DNA of 59,180 nt from Bacilli bacterium (GCA_028707455.1 JAQWAY010000003.1:31515-90694), one strand, 5' to 3'; shown: positions 27,995 through 39,294, counted from the first letter of the stretch. A program made the numbers and translations. The notes: generated by a model not told the origin, from the letters alone.

Positions 27995-28721
27995 TCCTAC
28001 TTAAATATGCAATCGAAATATTATCCGTTCCACCTCGATTATTACTTTTATAAAGCAATTTTTTAACTTTATCATCAATTGGTAATTTTTCATTTAATAC
28101 TTTCATAATTTGTTCGTCAGTCAACATATTAGTTAATCCATCACTACATAATAAAATACCATTAATATCAGTCTCTACATCAAAAATATCCATTTCAACT
28201 TTAGTATTAGCTCCTAATGCCCTCATTAAAACATTTTTACGAGGATGATTTTTAGCTTCTTCAGGAGTTAATTTACCTGATTTAACAAGTAATTCAACTA
28301 AGGTATGGTCAGTAGTAATCTTATGTAAGTGATTATCTTTTATAACAAACCCTGAGCTATCACCAATGTTTCCAAATAATAAGTATTCTTTAGTTAAAAC
28401 AGCTAGTACGATGGTCGTTCCCATACCTGTACTTTCAGTGTTTTCATTAGTATATTGATATATTTTAAGGTTAGCTTCACTAACTATTTCCTTTAACCAT
28501 TCAATAGCTTCTTCTTTACTGCCAATCGTATCCAATGATAAAAAACTATCACCTATATGAGAGATAGCAATATCTGAAGCAATTTCACCACCACGGTGTC
28601 CACCCATTCCATCTGCTACTGCTAATAAGTATTCATCACTATTATTAACAACAATCGTAACGCTATCTTCGTTATGTGAACGTACTTTACCAGGATCAGT
28701 TATATATGAACATTCCATCAT
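27975..28721 (-). CDS. prpC: PP2C-family Ser/Thr phosphatase (PrpC/Stp)
   Basis: VADGMGGH, GTT, CSDGL and GGTDNIS motifs. Precedes prkC. Confidence 0.9.
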   Translation of the reverse strand: MMECSYITDPGKVRSHNEDSVTIVVNNSDEYLLAVADGMGGHRGGEIASDIAISHIGDSFLSLDTIGSKEEAIEWLKEIVSEANLKIYQYTNENTESTGMGTTIVLAVLTKEYLLFGNIGDSSGFVIKDNHLHKITTDHTLVELLVKSGKLTPEEAKNHPRKNVLMRALGANTKVEMDIFDVETDINGILLCSDGLTNMLTDEQIMKVLNEKLPIDDKVKKLLYKSNNRGGTDNISIAYLSRSDKNDN

Positions 28722-29743
28722 TGTTCCTCCTTATAATTTGATCTTAGTTGCCCACAAGCGGCACTAACTTTAGAACCAAATTCTTTTCTTATTGTCACAT
28801 TAATTTTATTCTTTTTAAGAGTATCATAAAACTTAATAATAGTATTTTTATCACTTTTAATTAAATCAATATGACTAGTTTCATTATACGGAATCAAATT
28901 GACATAACAATTAATTCCTCTTAATAATTTACTTAACTCAATCGCATTTTTTTCACTATCATTAATTCCTTTAAGCATAATGTATTCAAAAGTCACACGA
29001 CGATTAGTAACATTAATATATTCTTTAATTGCAGGAATTAATTTATCTAAATTATAAACCTTATTAATCGGCATAATTTGATCTCTTATTTCATTATTAG
29101 GGGCATGAAGACTAATTGCTAAATTAACTTGTTTATCAAAATAAGTAAATTCTTCAATCTTAGGCACAACCCCAGAAGTTGAAATAGTAATATGTCTTGA
29201 ACCTAAAGCAATCCCTTTAGGATCATTAATAACATTAATAAAGTTAATAACATTATCATAGTTATCAAAAGGTTCACCAATCCCCATTAAAACTAAATGA
29301 GTAATTCTTTGATTAACAAATTCTTCAACTTGAAGTATTTGTAGAACCATTTCATATGTTTCTAAATTTCTCACCTTTTTTAAGCGACCACTTTCACAAA
29401 AACGGCAACTCATATTACAACCTACTTGAGTTGAAATACAAAGACTAGTACCATAATCATGATACATTAATACCGCTTCAACCATATTATTATCACTTAA
29501 ATTAAATAAAAACTTATTAACACCAGTATCTTTTTCTACTTTTAAAATTTCTAATGGAGCAATACTAAAATGACTATCCAAATAAGTAACTAATTCTTTT
29601 TTTAAGTTAGTCATCTCATCAAAACTAGTTACTTTTTTCTTATATAACCAATCATATATTTGACTAGCATTATATTTTTTAAAATTATTTTCTAATAAAG
29701 TTTTTTCTAATTCCACTAAAGAATAATTGTAAATATTTTTCAT
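28718..29743 (-). CDS. rlmN: 23S rRNA/tRNA m2A methyltransferase RlmN (radical SAM)
   Basis: GCNMSCRFCESG radical-SAM cluster, C-terminal SAACGQL. Confidence 0.9.
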   Translation of the reverse strand: MKNIYNYSLVELEKTLLENNFKKYNASQIYDWLYKKKVTSFDEMTNLKKELVTYLDSHFSIAPLEILKVEKDTGVNKFLFNLSDNNMVEAVLMYHDYGTSLCISTQVGCNMSCRFCESGRLKKVRNLETYEMVLQILQVEEFVNQRITHLVLMGIGEPFDNYDNVINFINVINDPKGIALGSRHITISTSGVVPKIEEFTYFDKQVNLAISLHAPNNEIRDQIMPINKVYNLDKLIPAIKEYINVTNRRVTFEYIMLKGINDSEKNAIELSKLLRGINCYVNLIPYNETSHIDLIKSDKNTIIKFYDTLKKNKINVTIRKEFGSKVSAACGQLRSNYKEEQ

Positions 29744-29794
29744 TGTTCCACCCTATGTATCATTATATCAAAATAACTAAAAAAATAATAGATT

Positions 29795-30370
29795 TTATCT
29801 ATTATTTTCTTGGTTTAACAATAATTTTTCTATTTCTTTCCATGAATTTACTCTTCTTACACCTAACTTGCTTAACTCTTCATCAGTATATTTATCGTTG
29901 TGAAATGAAGAGAAAAGTAGTTTAGTAGAAGCGGTACCTTCTAAATTTGTTAATAAATCGTCAATCTTAATATCACAATCTATAATGTGTTTACTAGATG
30001 TAAAGATAAAATTACTAGGATCAATAAATGGTAAGTTTTTTAATAACCATTTATGTTTTTGTGGTACTAAAATAGCCGATTCTTCATATTGACCTTTTAC
30101 TAAATATGAAGAACAAATATAAATTTCATATTCATGAGATAATTTTTCAATGACTTCAATAGCATCATCAATAATTGCTGAATAATTATATACATTATGA
30201 CTAAAAAAGTAATCATAAAATTCTCCTAGTTTTTCTTCCGGTATATAACTTTGAACATAGTATTCATCTATTTCTTCAATTACTAAGTCCTCTACTAAAA
30301 AGTCATTAACTAGTTTTAAAAATCCACCTTTGCATATGGTGTCATCAATATCAATCATTATGCGTTTCAT
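29795..30370 (-). CDS. HAD-superfamily hydrolase, possibly of the 5'(3')-deoxyribonucleotidase type
   Basis: N-terminal IDIDDTI (DxDxT) motif. Size about 190 aa. The subfamily assignment is a guess. Confidence 0.45.
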   Translation of the reverse strand: MKRIMIDIDDTICKGGFLKLVNDFLVEDLVIEEIDEYYVQSYIPEEKLGEFYDYFFSHNVYNYSAIIDDAIEVIEKLSHEYEIYICSSYLVKGQYEESAILVPQKHKWLLKNLPFIDPSNFIFTSSKHIIDCDIKIDDLLTNLEGTASTKLLFSSFHNDKYTDEELSKLGVRRVNSWKEIEKLLLNQENNR

Positions 30371-30383
30371 ATTTCACCCTTTG

Positions 30384-30596
30384 TTAAAAACCTATAACTA
30401 GACAAATAGCCATAAATAGGAACCCTAAGAAAGCCGTTAATCTTGTTATAAAAAGTTCTCCTCCTCTTTCTTTACGATTAGCAAATAAACTATCATTACC
30501 GCCTGAAATAATATTAGAAGCACTTTCTGCTTTACCGCTTTGTAAAAGGACAAGGGCAATCAATAATATAGATATTACAATTAAAAATATTTCCAT
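30384..30596 (-). CDS. secG: Preprotein translocase subunit SecG
   Basis: 70 aa, two TM segments with LLQSGK...GG loop typical of SecG. Confidence 0.8.
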   Translation of the reverse strand: MEIFLIVISILLIALVLLQSGKAESASNIISGGNDSLFANRKERGGELFITRLTAFLGFLFMAICLVIGF

Positions 30597-30650
30597 GTTT
30601 TCCCTCCTTAACTATCTAATAATTTAACATAAATAATATTAAAAATCAAC

Positions 30651-31937
30651 TTATTTTCGAGGATTAACAATAAATGTTGTATAGTTATCTAATGTTATAT
30701 TTTTGATAACATAATTTATCTCATCAATAGTAGATTCTTCTATTTCTTTAATCGCATCAGTTGATACTTCATTATATTTAATAATATCATTCATAATACG
30801 ACTATTAATAGAGAATATATTATCACTCATGAATAGATTATTACTAATCATTATCTTTTTAAGTCTTGCAAATTCTTCTTCTGTTACTGATAGATTCTTA
30901 AGTGTTTCTTTAACTCTCTTAAATAATACTTTAGCATTATTGGTATCAGCCATAACCGAAATAAGAGCATGCTTATCAATAACTGTTAAGTTAATACCTA
31001 AATTATCAGCAATAATTTCTTTTTCTCTTAATTCTTCACTAAGCACTGATACTGAACCTAATTTTAAACTACATAGATACCCAATATAATTAGCTATTTT
31101 TCTAAGAGGTATTTCATTCATTCCTTCAATATTAATTTTAAAAGCAATACATGCTTTAGGTATCGTAACATCCATTTCGATAGTTTCCGATTTCTTAGCT
31201 ACTTTATCTGGTTCATTATAAGTTTTTAATTTTATTTTTGTTGGTTCCTCAACATTACGTTTATTTTGATTTTTCTTAATAATATCCAATGTTTGTTCAG
31301 GATCTACATTACCTGTTACAACAATAAACATATTACTTGGATGATAAAAAGTATTATAACATTGATATAAATGTTCCTTAGTAATTGATTTAACACTTTT
31401 TAATGTTCCAATAATAGGTATCTTTATTGGATGTTCTATAAATGAATTATAAAAAATACCTTCGTATAATTTACCATATGGTCTATCATCAACCATATTA
31501 ATTTCTTGTTCAATTATTCCTTGTTCTTTCTTAATATTTTCATCAGTGAAATATGGTTTTTGAACAAAGTCCATTAAAAAATCTAAATTTTCTTCATAAA
31601 AGTCAGGACCTGAAAATAAATACGTTGTTTTAAGATTAGAGGTATTAGCATTAATATCAGCTCCCCTTTTTCCAAAGAAATCAAAAACATCAAGTTTATC
31701 TTCTTGTTCAAATACTTTATGTTCTAGAAAATGGGCAATGCCATCTGGGACTTTAATCATCTTTTTTTCACCAATTGGAACAAATTCATTATGAATTGAA
31801 CCATATTTAGTGGAATAAGTTACATAAATAGCATTAATGGTATTTTTAGGTACAATATATACTTCTAACCCATTATCTAACTTTTCATAATACATATCTA
31901 AATCTAACTTATAAAGAGGTATCTTTCTCATTTTCAT
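30651..31937 (-). CDS. M16-family zinc peptidase (active-type, YmfH-like). Likely start is the ATG at 31931.
   Basis: HFLEHKVFE (HxxEH) motif. GGAGGT lies 7 nt before the second ATG. Confidence 0.8.
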   Translation of the reverse strand: MKMRKIPLYKLDLDMYYEKLDNGLEVYIVPKNTINAIYVTYSTKYGSIHNEFVPIGEKKMIKVPDGIAHFLEHKVFEQEDKLDVFDFFGKRGADINANTSNLKTTYLFSGPDFYEENLDFLMDFVQKPYFTDENIKKEQGIIEQEINMVDDRPYGKLYEGIFYNSFIEHPIKIPIIGTLKSVKSITKEHLYQCYNTFYHPSNMFIVVTGNVDPEQTLDIIKKNQNKRNVEEPTKIKLKTYNEPDKVAKKSETIEMDVTIPKACIAFKINIEGMNEIPLRKIANYIGYLCSLKLGSVSVLSEELREKEIIADNLGINLTVIDKHALISVMADTNNAKVLFKRVKETLKNLSVTEEEFARLKKIMISNNLFMSDNIFSINSRIMNDIIKYNEVSTDAIKEIEESTIDEINYVIKNITLDNYTTFIVNPRK

Positions 31938-33192
31938 TACCTCCTTCTAATAAGAATATCGTATCAGGATGAATTTTTTTAGCTACTTTCAAAATCATAT
32001 CACGATTAACTTTCAAAATGTTTTTTACACGTTCTTCTAATAAATCGTATCCCATATATTGATGAGCTACATATAAATTTATAATAGCGAATGGCGCATC
32101 AAGTAATTGTTTAAATGATGCCACATAAGTTATTTTAGCTTTTTCAATATCCAGTTCATCAAACTCGCCTTTTTCCATCTTCTTAACTTCTTCTCTAATC
32201 AATTTAACCGTCTTATTAAAACTATCAGCATTAATACCGGCTGAAATTGACATGGTACTTATTATTGAGGAAAAGGAAGATGAAATAGAATAACATAACG
32301 AATTTTTTTCACGGACATTTTTGAACAATTTAGAATCTGCTCCACCACCTAAGATATATGAGTAAATACTACCAACATATTCTTTTTCAAAAGTCGTAAG
32401 TGGCTCAACCTTAAATCCCATGCATAAATAACTTTGATTAATTTTTTTCTTTTCTTTTACTTTTGTAACTCTATTTTTAAATTTCTTATGATTAATAAAA
32501 TGCTCTTTCGAAGCTTTTTTAGCAGTTTTAATTGTAAAGTTTTCTAAAATAATATTTTTAATTTGAGTATCATCAATATCACCAATAATAAAAATATCAA
32601 TTAAATCACTTTTTAAGGTACTTTGATAATATTCATATAAATCCTTAGGAGTTATTTTATCTAAGTCTTCAAGATACCCTACGCTACGATAAGAAATCTT
32701 TTCATTTTTACCCATTTCTTCATAAAGTCTGGCATTACTATAACGAGAATAATTATCTTCAAATGAAGTAATATCTTCTTTTAAAATATTATAAGCATTT
32801 TTAAAACCACTACTTTCAAATTCATTATTATTGACATTTGGTCTTAAAAGAAAGTCAAAGAAAAATTGTAGTGACTTTTCATTCATACCCATTTCTGTAT
32901 ATTTTTCATGTAAAAAACTACAGTTAAAACTCATAATGGTATATTCTCCAGAATTATAAGTGCCACTACTATAAGAAAAATTATAAAGTTCTTCGGTTTT
33001 GATTTCTAATAATCGACGTTTAGGATAATCGATTGTTGATTCCAATAATACATTAATTAACATATTACGAAAAGTAATATCCTCTTTTTTAAATAATTTT
33101 TTAAAATTAATCTTAACTGATATAGTTTTAAACTTATCAGTCTTTATAAAATGAATATTATACGCAGGTGTTTCATACTTTTTATATTTCAT
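31909..33192 (-). CDS. M16-family peptidase-like protein lacking HxxEH (YmfF-like, probable non-catalytic partner)
   Basis: Same fold and size as its neighbour, but the zinc motif is absent. Paired arrangement as in Bacillus ymfF-ymfH. Confidence 0.7.
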   Translation of the reverse strand: MKYKKYETPAYNIHFIKTDKFKTISVKINFKKLFKKEDITFRNMLINVLLESTIDYPKRRLLEIKTEELYNFSYSSGTYNSGEYTIMSFNCSFLHEKYTEMGMNEKSLQFFFDFLLRPNVNNNEFESSGFKNAYNILKEDITSFEDNYSRYSNARLYEEMGKNEKISYRSVGYLEDLDKITPKDLYEYYQSTLKSDLIDIFIIGDIDDTQIKNIILENFTIKTAKKASKEHFINHKKFKNRVTKVKEKKKINQSYLCMGFKVEPLTTFEKEYVGSIYSYILGGGADSKLFKNVREKNSLCYSISSSFSSIISTMSISAGINADSFNKTVKLIREEVKKMEKGEFDELDIEKAKITYVASFKQLLDAPFAIINLYVAHQYMGYDLLEERVKNILKVNRDMILKVAKKIHPDTIFLLEGGNENEKDTSL

Positions 33193-33903
33193 TTAATCCT
33201 CCTGTTGTATAGATTCTAAAGCCAATTCAATCATTTTAGTAAATGATGTTTGTCTTTCTTCACTAGTCGTAACTGCTTTAGTTACTAAACTATCAGATAC
33301 CGTTAAAATACAAGCAGCTGTTTTATTTAAAAGATTAGCATTGTGGAATAATGCAAATGATTCCATTTCAACACCTAAACAATTATATTTTTCATGTATT
33401 TCTTTAAAATTATTATTTTCTACATAAAAAACATCACTAGAATGAATTACACCTTCAGTTATTTCAATATTTTGCCTTTTAGCAGTTTCTTTAATAAACT
33501 CATTAATTGATTCGTCTGCAAACAAAATATTTCCAGTATAACCACTTTGTTTATGAGCATAATTTGATTCTGAATATGCTGATGTAACTAAAATAATGTC
33601 ATATAAATCTAATTTTTTGGTATATGCACCACATGAGCCAACTCTAATAATGGTATCAACATCATAGACCTTAAATAATTCATATGAATAGATGCCAATA
33701 CTTGGCATGCCCATTCCTGAACCCATAACAGTAACCCTTTTACCTTTATAAGTTCCTGTATAGCCTAACATTCCTCTAACATCATTAATTAATTGATAGT
33801 TTTCTAAATATGTTTCAGCAATAAACTTAGCTCTTAGTGGATCACCAGGCATTATTACTGTTTTAGCTATATCTCCTTTTTTTGCTTTAATATGTGGGGT
33901 CAT
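33193..33903 (-). CDS. deoD: Purine nucleoside phosphorylase, DeoD type
   Basis: MTPHI.AKKGDIA..V.MPGDPLRAK...GYTGTYKG..V.VMG.GMG.PS is a classical DeoD N-terminus. Confidence 0.9.
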   Translation of the reverse strand: MTPHIKAKKGDIAKTVIMPGDPLRAKFIAETYLENYQLINDVRGMLGYTGTYKGKRVTVMGSGMGMPSIGIYSYELFKVYDVDTIIRVGSCGAYTKKLDLYDIILVTSAYSESNYAHKQSGYTGNILFADESINEFIKETAKRQNIEITEGVIHSSDVFYVENNNFKEIHEKYNCLGVEMESFALFHNANLLNKTAACILTVSDSLVTKAVTTSEERQTSFTKMIELALESIQQED

Positions 33904-33944
33904 CTCACTACCTCCTATTATTTATTATACCATAATTTTCATAA

Positions 33945-34436
33945 TTAAAACTTTGTTTTATTATTAATAATGAAAATCAGTTTTTCATATTTTTCTTTCT
34001 TTTTAAAGTATTCCTTACGAAAGAAAATAGTATCTGAATATTCAGTATATAACATAATATACTTTTCCGTTATGTGAACTCCTTTTATTTGATCCCAAGT
34101 TATTGTTCTTTCATTTTTTAAAACAGTTATATTAATACCTTTGTCATCAACAACAACTTTATACTTACTATACGGCCACAACATATTGTTGTCATTGTTG
34201 TTGACGTTTATATATGTAAATATAATATTGCGTATTTTAAGGATAATAGTAATAGTAATCAAATATATAACAAAAAGAAGACTAATATATATTGGCTTTT
34301 TAATTAATAAATCAAACATGAAAAAGCAATATAAAATAGTTGCAATAATAAAATAGATTATATTATATTGTTTATTTTTTTCAGATATAAAATACTTATA
34401 ATCATCTCTTTTTAAATTATAATTAAAATGTATCAT
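33945..34436 (-). CDS. Hypothetical membrane protein (two N-terminal TM helices plus a soluble C-terminal part)
   Basis: Hydrophobicity pattern only. Confidence 0.4.
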   Translation of the reverse strand: MIHFNYNLKRDDYKYFISEKNKQYNIIYFIIATILYCFFMFDLLIKKPIYISLLFVIYLITITIILKIRNIIFTYINVNNNDNNMLWPYSKYKVVVDDKGINITVLKNERTITWDQIKGVHITEKYIMLYTEYSDTIFFRKEYFKKKEKYEKLIFIINNKTKF

Positions 34437-34444
34437 TATAACAC

Positions 34445-37261
34445 CTACTTCAGTAATGGTTTTAAAAACTGGCCAGTATAACTTTCTTTTACTTTTACTA
34501 TTTCTTCTGGAGTACCAGTTGTAACAATCGTACCACCATTTTCTCCACCCTCAGGACCAAGATCGATAATATAGTCAGCCACTTTAATAACGTCAAGGTT
34601 ATGCTCTATGACAATAACGGTATCACCATTATCCACAATCGTTTGTAAAATAATAAGTAATTTTTTAATATCATCAGTATGCAATCCAGTTGTTGGTTCA
34701 TCTAAGATAAATAAACTTTTTCCAGTTGGCTTTTTTTGTAATTCTTTAGCTAATTTAATACGACCAGCTTCTCCACCACTTAAGGTTGGAGCACTTTGTC
34801 CTAAAGAAATATATGATAATCCAACATCCATTAATACTTGTAATTTATTTTTTACCTTAGGTATATTTTCAAAAAAAGTAAGAGCTTCTTCAACACTCAT
34901 TTCTAAGACATCATAGATACTTTTTCCTTTATACTTAATTTGTAAGGTTTCACGGTTATATCTTGTTCCACCACAAACTTCACAAGGTACATAAACGTCA
35001 GGTAAAAAGTGCATTTCTATTTTTTTAACACCATCACCCCAACATGCTTCACAACGCCCTCCCTTAACATTAAATGAGAAACGACCTTTATCGTAACCTC
35101 TTATTTTAGCTTCTTTGGTTGCTGCAAAAACATCTCTAATATTATCAAATACACCAGTATAAGTTGCAGGATTACTACGAGGTGTTCTTCCGATTGGTGC
35201 TTGTGAAATATCAACAATCTTATCAATATTTTCAATTCCTTTAATTGATTTATACTTACCAGGTTTGGCTTTAGTTCGATATAAATTATTATGAATTATT
35301 TTAGATAGTGTCTCATTAATTAAAGTACTTTTTCCACTTCCGCTAACACCTGTTACCGCTATAAAAGTACCTAGTGGGAACTTTACATTAATATTCTTTA
35401 AATTGTTTTCACTAGCTCCTTTTAATTCAATAACCTTTTTATTTCCTTTTCTTCTTTTCTCTGGCACTTCAATCTTTTCTACACCACTTAAATATTTACC
35501 TGTAAGACTATTAGTATTTTTCATTACTTCTGCTGGAGTACCAGCCGCTACTATTTCACCACCATTAGCTCCTGCATGAGGTCCAATATCAACTAAGAAG
35601 TCACTTGCTAACATTGTATCCGTATCATGTTCAACAACAATTAATGTATTTCCTAAATCTCGCATTTCTAATAACGAGTTAATTAATCGTGTATTATCTC
35701 TTTGATGTAATCCAATACTAGGTTCATCTAAGACATAAAGAACACCTGTTAGTCTAGAACCTATTTGAGTAGCTAAGCGAATACGACCTGCTTCTCCACC
35801 ACTTAAGGTTCCGGCCATTCTATCAAGCGTTAAATATTCTAATCCAACATTAATTAAGAAAGTTATTCTAGAACGTATTTCTTTAATAAGGATATCAGAT
35901 ATTTTTTGTTCTTCTTTATTAAGTTTTAAACTATTAAAAAACTTATTTAAATTACTAATACTTAAGGTTGTTATTTCATAAATATTCTTTTTATTTATTA
36001 AAACTGATAAAACTGATGGATTTAAACGAGCACCATGGCATTCTGGGCATGGTAATTCCGTCATATATTGTTCAATCCAGTCTCTTATCCACCCACTCTT
36101 AGTTTCAATATAACGGCGTTCTAAATTGGTAATAACACCTTCATAAAAATCAGTTATATTTCTAGTATTACCGTTTTTAGATGTATAATTAAATTCCATT
36201 AGATCTTTTGAACCATAAAGAATAATATCTAATTCTGACTTTTTTAAACTTTTAACTGGTTTAGTTAAATCAATATTATAAAATTTAGCTACTGTTTCAA
36301 TATTAGTAAATACAATATTATTACTATCATTAAGATTAATCGCTGTTATTGCACCATCAAGAATACTTAAGTCACGATTAGGAATAACTAAATCTTCATC
36401 TACTTTTAATTTGATACCTAAACCTTTACACTCATCACATGCACCATATGGAGCATTAAAAGAAAACATTCTTGGTTCTAATTCTGGTAGGGAAAAATCA
36501 CATTCTGGACAAGCATACTTTTCACTCATTACTATTTCTTCGCCACTTATTACATCAATAACAACTTTTCCATTAGCTAACTTTGAAGCAGTTTCAATGG
36601 CTTCATAAAGTCTACTTCTAATACCTTCTTTAATAATTAATCGATCTATAACAACATCAATCTTATGTTTCTTATTTTTTTCTAAAATGATTTCTTGTTC
36701 TAATTCATATTCTTCATTATCAACTCGAACACGAACATACCCATCTTTTCTTAAATCATCCAATAAGTCTTTATGAGTTCCCTTTTCACCATGAACAACA
36801 GGACTTAAAACTCTAATTTTAGTATTTTCTTCAAGTCCTAAGATTTGATTAACCATTTCCTCAACACTTTGACTAGTAATAGGTTTATTATGAATAGGAC
36901 AATATGGAACTCCAATACGAGCATATAACAATCTTAAATAATCATATATTTCTGTAATTGTTCCCACGGTACTACGAGGATTTTTATTAGTTGTTTTTTG
37001 ATCAATACTAATAGCTGGACTTAATCCCTCAATTGAATCAACATCAGGTTTATCTGTTCCACCCAAAAATTGTCTCGCATAAGCACTGAGACTTTCTACA
37101 TATCTTCGTTGACCTTCAGCATAAATAGTATCAAAAGCTAAAGAACTTTTACCACTACCACTAACTCCTGTCATTACGATTAATTTATTTTTAGGAAGGT
37201 TAATACTAACATTTTTTAAATTATTTTCTCTTGCTCCCTTTATGATTATTTGATCCATCAT
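34445..37261 (-). CDS. uvrA: Excinuclease ABC subunit A
   Basis: 938 aa. Two ABC modules (GVSGSGKSS/ST, LSGGE), zinc-finger CxxC pairs. Confidence 0.95.
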   Translation of the reverse strand: MMDQIIIKGARENNLKNVSINLPKNKLIVMTGVSGSGKSSLAFDTIYAEGQRRYVESLSAYARQFLGGTDKPDVDSIEGLSPAISIDQKTTNKNPRSTVGTITEIYDYLRLLYARIGVPYCPIHNKPITSQSVEEMVNQILGLEENTKIRVLSPVVHGEKGTHKDLLDDLRKDGYVRVRVDNEEYELEQEIILEKNKKHKIDVVIDRLIIKEGIRSRLYEAIETASKLANGKVVIDVISGEEIVMSEKYACPECDFSLPELEPRMFSFNAPYGACDECKGLGIKLKVDEDLVIPNRDLSILDGAITAINLNDSNNIVFTNIETVAKFYNIDLTKPVKSLKKSELDIILYGSKDLMEFNYTSKNGNTRNITDFYEGVITNLERRYIETKSGWIRDWIEQYMTELPCPECHGARLNPSVLSVLINKKNIYEITTLSISNLNKFFNSLKLNKEEQKISDILIKEIRSRITFLINVGLEYLTLDRMAGTLSGGEAGRIRLATQIGSRLTGVLYVLDEPSIGLHQRDNTRLINSLLEMRDLGNTLIVVEHDTDTMLASDFLVDIGPHAGANGGEIVAAGTPAEVMKNTNSLTGKYLSGVEKIEVPEKRRKGNKKVIELKGASENNLKNINVKFPLGTFIAVTGVSGSGKSTLINETLSKIIHNNLYRTKAKPGKYKSIKGIENIDKIVDISQAPIGRTPRSNPATYTGVFDNIRDVFAATKEAKIRGYDKGRFSFNVKGGRCEACWGDGVKKIEMHFLPDVYVPCEVCGGTRYNRETLQIKYKGKSIYDVLEMSVEEALTFFENIPKVKNKLQVLMDVGLSYISLGQSAPTLSGGEAGRIKLAKELQKKPTGKSLFILDEPTTGLHTDDIKKLLIILQTIVDNGDTVIVIEHNLDVIKVADYIIDLGPEGGENGGTIVTTGTPEEIVKVKESYTGQFLKPLLK

Positions 37262-37344
37262 ATCACCTATTTTTCTAATTCATTTGCTAATTTATTATAC
37301 CATAATTATATCTTTTTTAAATAAAAAACTTAACTAGTGTTAAG

Positions 37345-37938
37345 TTAATAATAATTATGCCTAATAAATTTTTTTTGTTTCTTTAATTTTATTTCCATAA
37401 TATTTTGTAGGAAACGACTCATACCAGTTTTTATATCATATTTATTTTGCAATGGCTCAACCAAAATACTATATATTCCATATTCATTTGATCCTTTTAT
37501 ATCAGTAAGCATTTGATCACCTATCATAACAACCGATTCTTTATCAGCATTAAGAAGTTGTAAGGCTTTATCAAAAGCTTCCTTTTTAGGCTTATCAGCA
37601 TTAGCCAGTGATAAAACCTTTAATTTATTGGAAACTGGTTTTACCCTTTCAACACTATTATTAGACATGATACAAATAGTAAAACCCTTTTTTATTAATG
37701 AACTAAATAAATCGATTAATGATTGGTCAACCTTAATATCATTAACTGGTAATATCGTGTTATCAATATCAAAAATTAAATTATTTAAACCCTTTTCTAA
37801 TAAAAGTTCATAATTAATTGAATAAATATCTTTGACATAATAATTAGGTATTATCATATTAATTTGTTCTTTATCCCCTAACATTACTGATAAAAAACTT
37901 TTAAACATAATACTTTTTTTGCCCATAATACACCTCAA
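37345..37938 (-). CDS. yqeG: YqeG-family HAD phosphatase
   Basis: FDIDNTI ... SNN ... GDQMLTDIKG.N..G..SILV.P pattern of TIGR01668-type HAD-IIIA phosphatases. Confidence 0.75.
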   Translation of the reverse strand: MRCIMGKKSIMFKSFLSVMLGDKEQINMIIPNYYVKDIYSINYELLLEKGLNNLIFDIDNTILPVNDIKVDQSLIDLFSSLIKKGFTICIMSNNSVERVKPVSNKLKVLSLANADKPKKEAFDKALQLLNADKESVVMIGDQMLTDIKGSNEYGIYSILVEPLQNKYDIKTGMSRFLQNIMEIKLKKQKKFIRHNYY

Positions 37939-37956
37939 AGATATTATATCATAACT

Positions 37957-38307
37957 TTAATCTTTAGGTTGGAAAAATAAGGATAAAATGAACGAGAAGA
38001 CAATAGCAGAAGTAATTCCTGAAGCTGTAAGATCAAACATCCCCATCATCAAACCCATATAACCAATACTACCAGCAGTATCTAAGGCACCATGAATTAA
38101 TAAGTGTCCAAAACTTGTAATAGGAACTAAAGCACCAGCTCCTGCCCATAGAATAAACTTATCATAAATATTAAAAATATCTAAGAACGTACCTAAAACA
38201 ACAAAAATAGTTGTAACATGACCAGGGGTTAATTTAGTATTATCTAAAATTAATTGCCCAATTAAACAAATAGTACCGGCAAAAATAAAGGCATTTAAAT
38301 AAATCAT
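37957..38307 (-). CDS. spoVAE: Stage V sporulation protein AE (SpoVAEB type)
   Basis: 116 aa, 3-4 TM, similar to SpoVAC, follows spoVAD. Confidence 0.85.
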   Translation of the reverse strand: MIYLNAFIFAGTICLIGQLILDNTKLTPGHVTTIFVVLGTFLDIFNIYDKFILWAGAGALVPITSFGHLLIHGALDTAGSIGYMGLMMGMFDLTASGITSAIVFSFILSLFFQPKD

Positions 38308-39293
38308 TCAACTACCTCCAAACTAATTGCATGTGCAATACCAGGAATACTTAGTTTTTGATTAACCATCGTTGGTGACATTAAAGCGCCTGTTGCCACT
38401 AATAAGACACGACGTAATTCCTTTTTTTTCATTTTAGAAAATATATAACCATAAGTAACTAATGGTAGACATGCCGGTCCACTAGCTCCTGAATAAACGG
38501 CTTGCTTATTTAAATCATATATCATACAAGCAGCATCATCATGATTGGTAAGTTTAAGACCATATTCAAGCTCTGCATATTCTTTTAAAATATCTTTCCC
38601 TATTACTCCTAAATCACCTGTTAAGATAAGATCATAATAACCAACCTCTCTTTTAGTATCATTAAGGTGGCGGTAAATAGTGTCCGCTGCTGCTGGAGCC
38701 ATAACGGCCCCTGTATGAAATACATCCTTAAATCCAATATCATTAACAATCCCTATGGTTGCACTTTCAACCTTAATCCCCTTTTTATTATAAGTGAGGT
38801 AGGCACTAGCTCCTCCCGTCGAAGTAAATGTTGCTGTTTTAGGTTTAGGTCCACCATATTCAATTGGGTATCTAAATTGCTTTTCAGCGGCGTTATTATG
38901 TGATGAAGTAGAACAAATACAATTCTTAATTTGATTAGCTTCAATCATATTAGCGCCAATAATTAATCCTTCAACACTACTAGCACAAGCACTATATATT
39001 CCTAAGAATGGAATACCCAAACTACTAGCAGCATAGTTAGAAGCAACGATTTGATTTAATAAATCCCCTGATATTAATAGTTCTATATCAAATTTTGTTT
39101 TACCTATTTTATTTAATAATAAATCAACACTTTCTTCAATTATTTTACTTTCAGCTTGTTCCCAAGTATTAGTACCAAAATACAAATCATCATAACTTTT
39201 ATCATAATACTTACTTAATGGTCCTTTTGATTCATATGGTCCAGTTACTGTACTTACAGCATTAATATATACATTATTATATTTAAATGTCAT
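38304..39293 (-). CDS. spoVAD: Stage V sporulation protein AD
   Basis: 329 aa thiolase/ketoacyl-synthase-like fold (...IYSACASS...). Position between spoVAC and spoVAE. Confidence 0.85.
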   Translation of the reverse strand: MTFKYNNVYINAVSTVTGPYESKGPLSKYYDKSYDDLYFGTNTWEQAESKIIEESVDLLLNKIGKTKFDIELLISGDLLNQIVASNYAASSLGIPFLGIYSACASSVEGLIIGANMIEANQIKNCICSTSSHNNAAEKQFRYPIEYGGPKPKTATFTSTGGASAYLTYNKKGIKVESATIGIVNDIGFKDVFHTGAVMAPAAADTIYRHLNDTKREVGYYDLILTGDLGVIGKDILKEYAELEYGLKLTNHDDAACMIYDLNKQAVYSGASGPACLPLVTYGYIFSKMKKKELRRVLLVATGALMSPTMVNQKLSIPGIAHAISLEVVE

Positions 39294-39294
39294 T

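Noticed and set aside
29743-29925. 60-aa plus-strand ORF between rlmN and the HAD hydrolase gene
   Set aside because: It overlaps the 3' end of the HAD gene on the opposite strand, has no RBS, and its composition is hydrophobic junk.
37262-37344. LexA box upstream of uvrA
   Set aside because: There is no GAAC-N4-GTTC-like motif in the uvrA upstream region.
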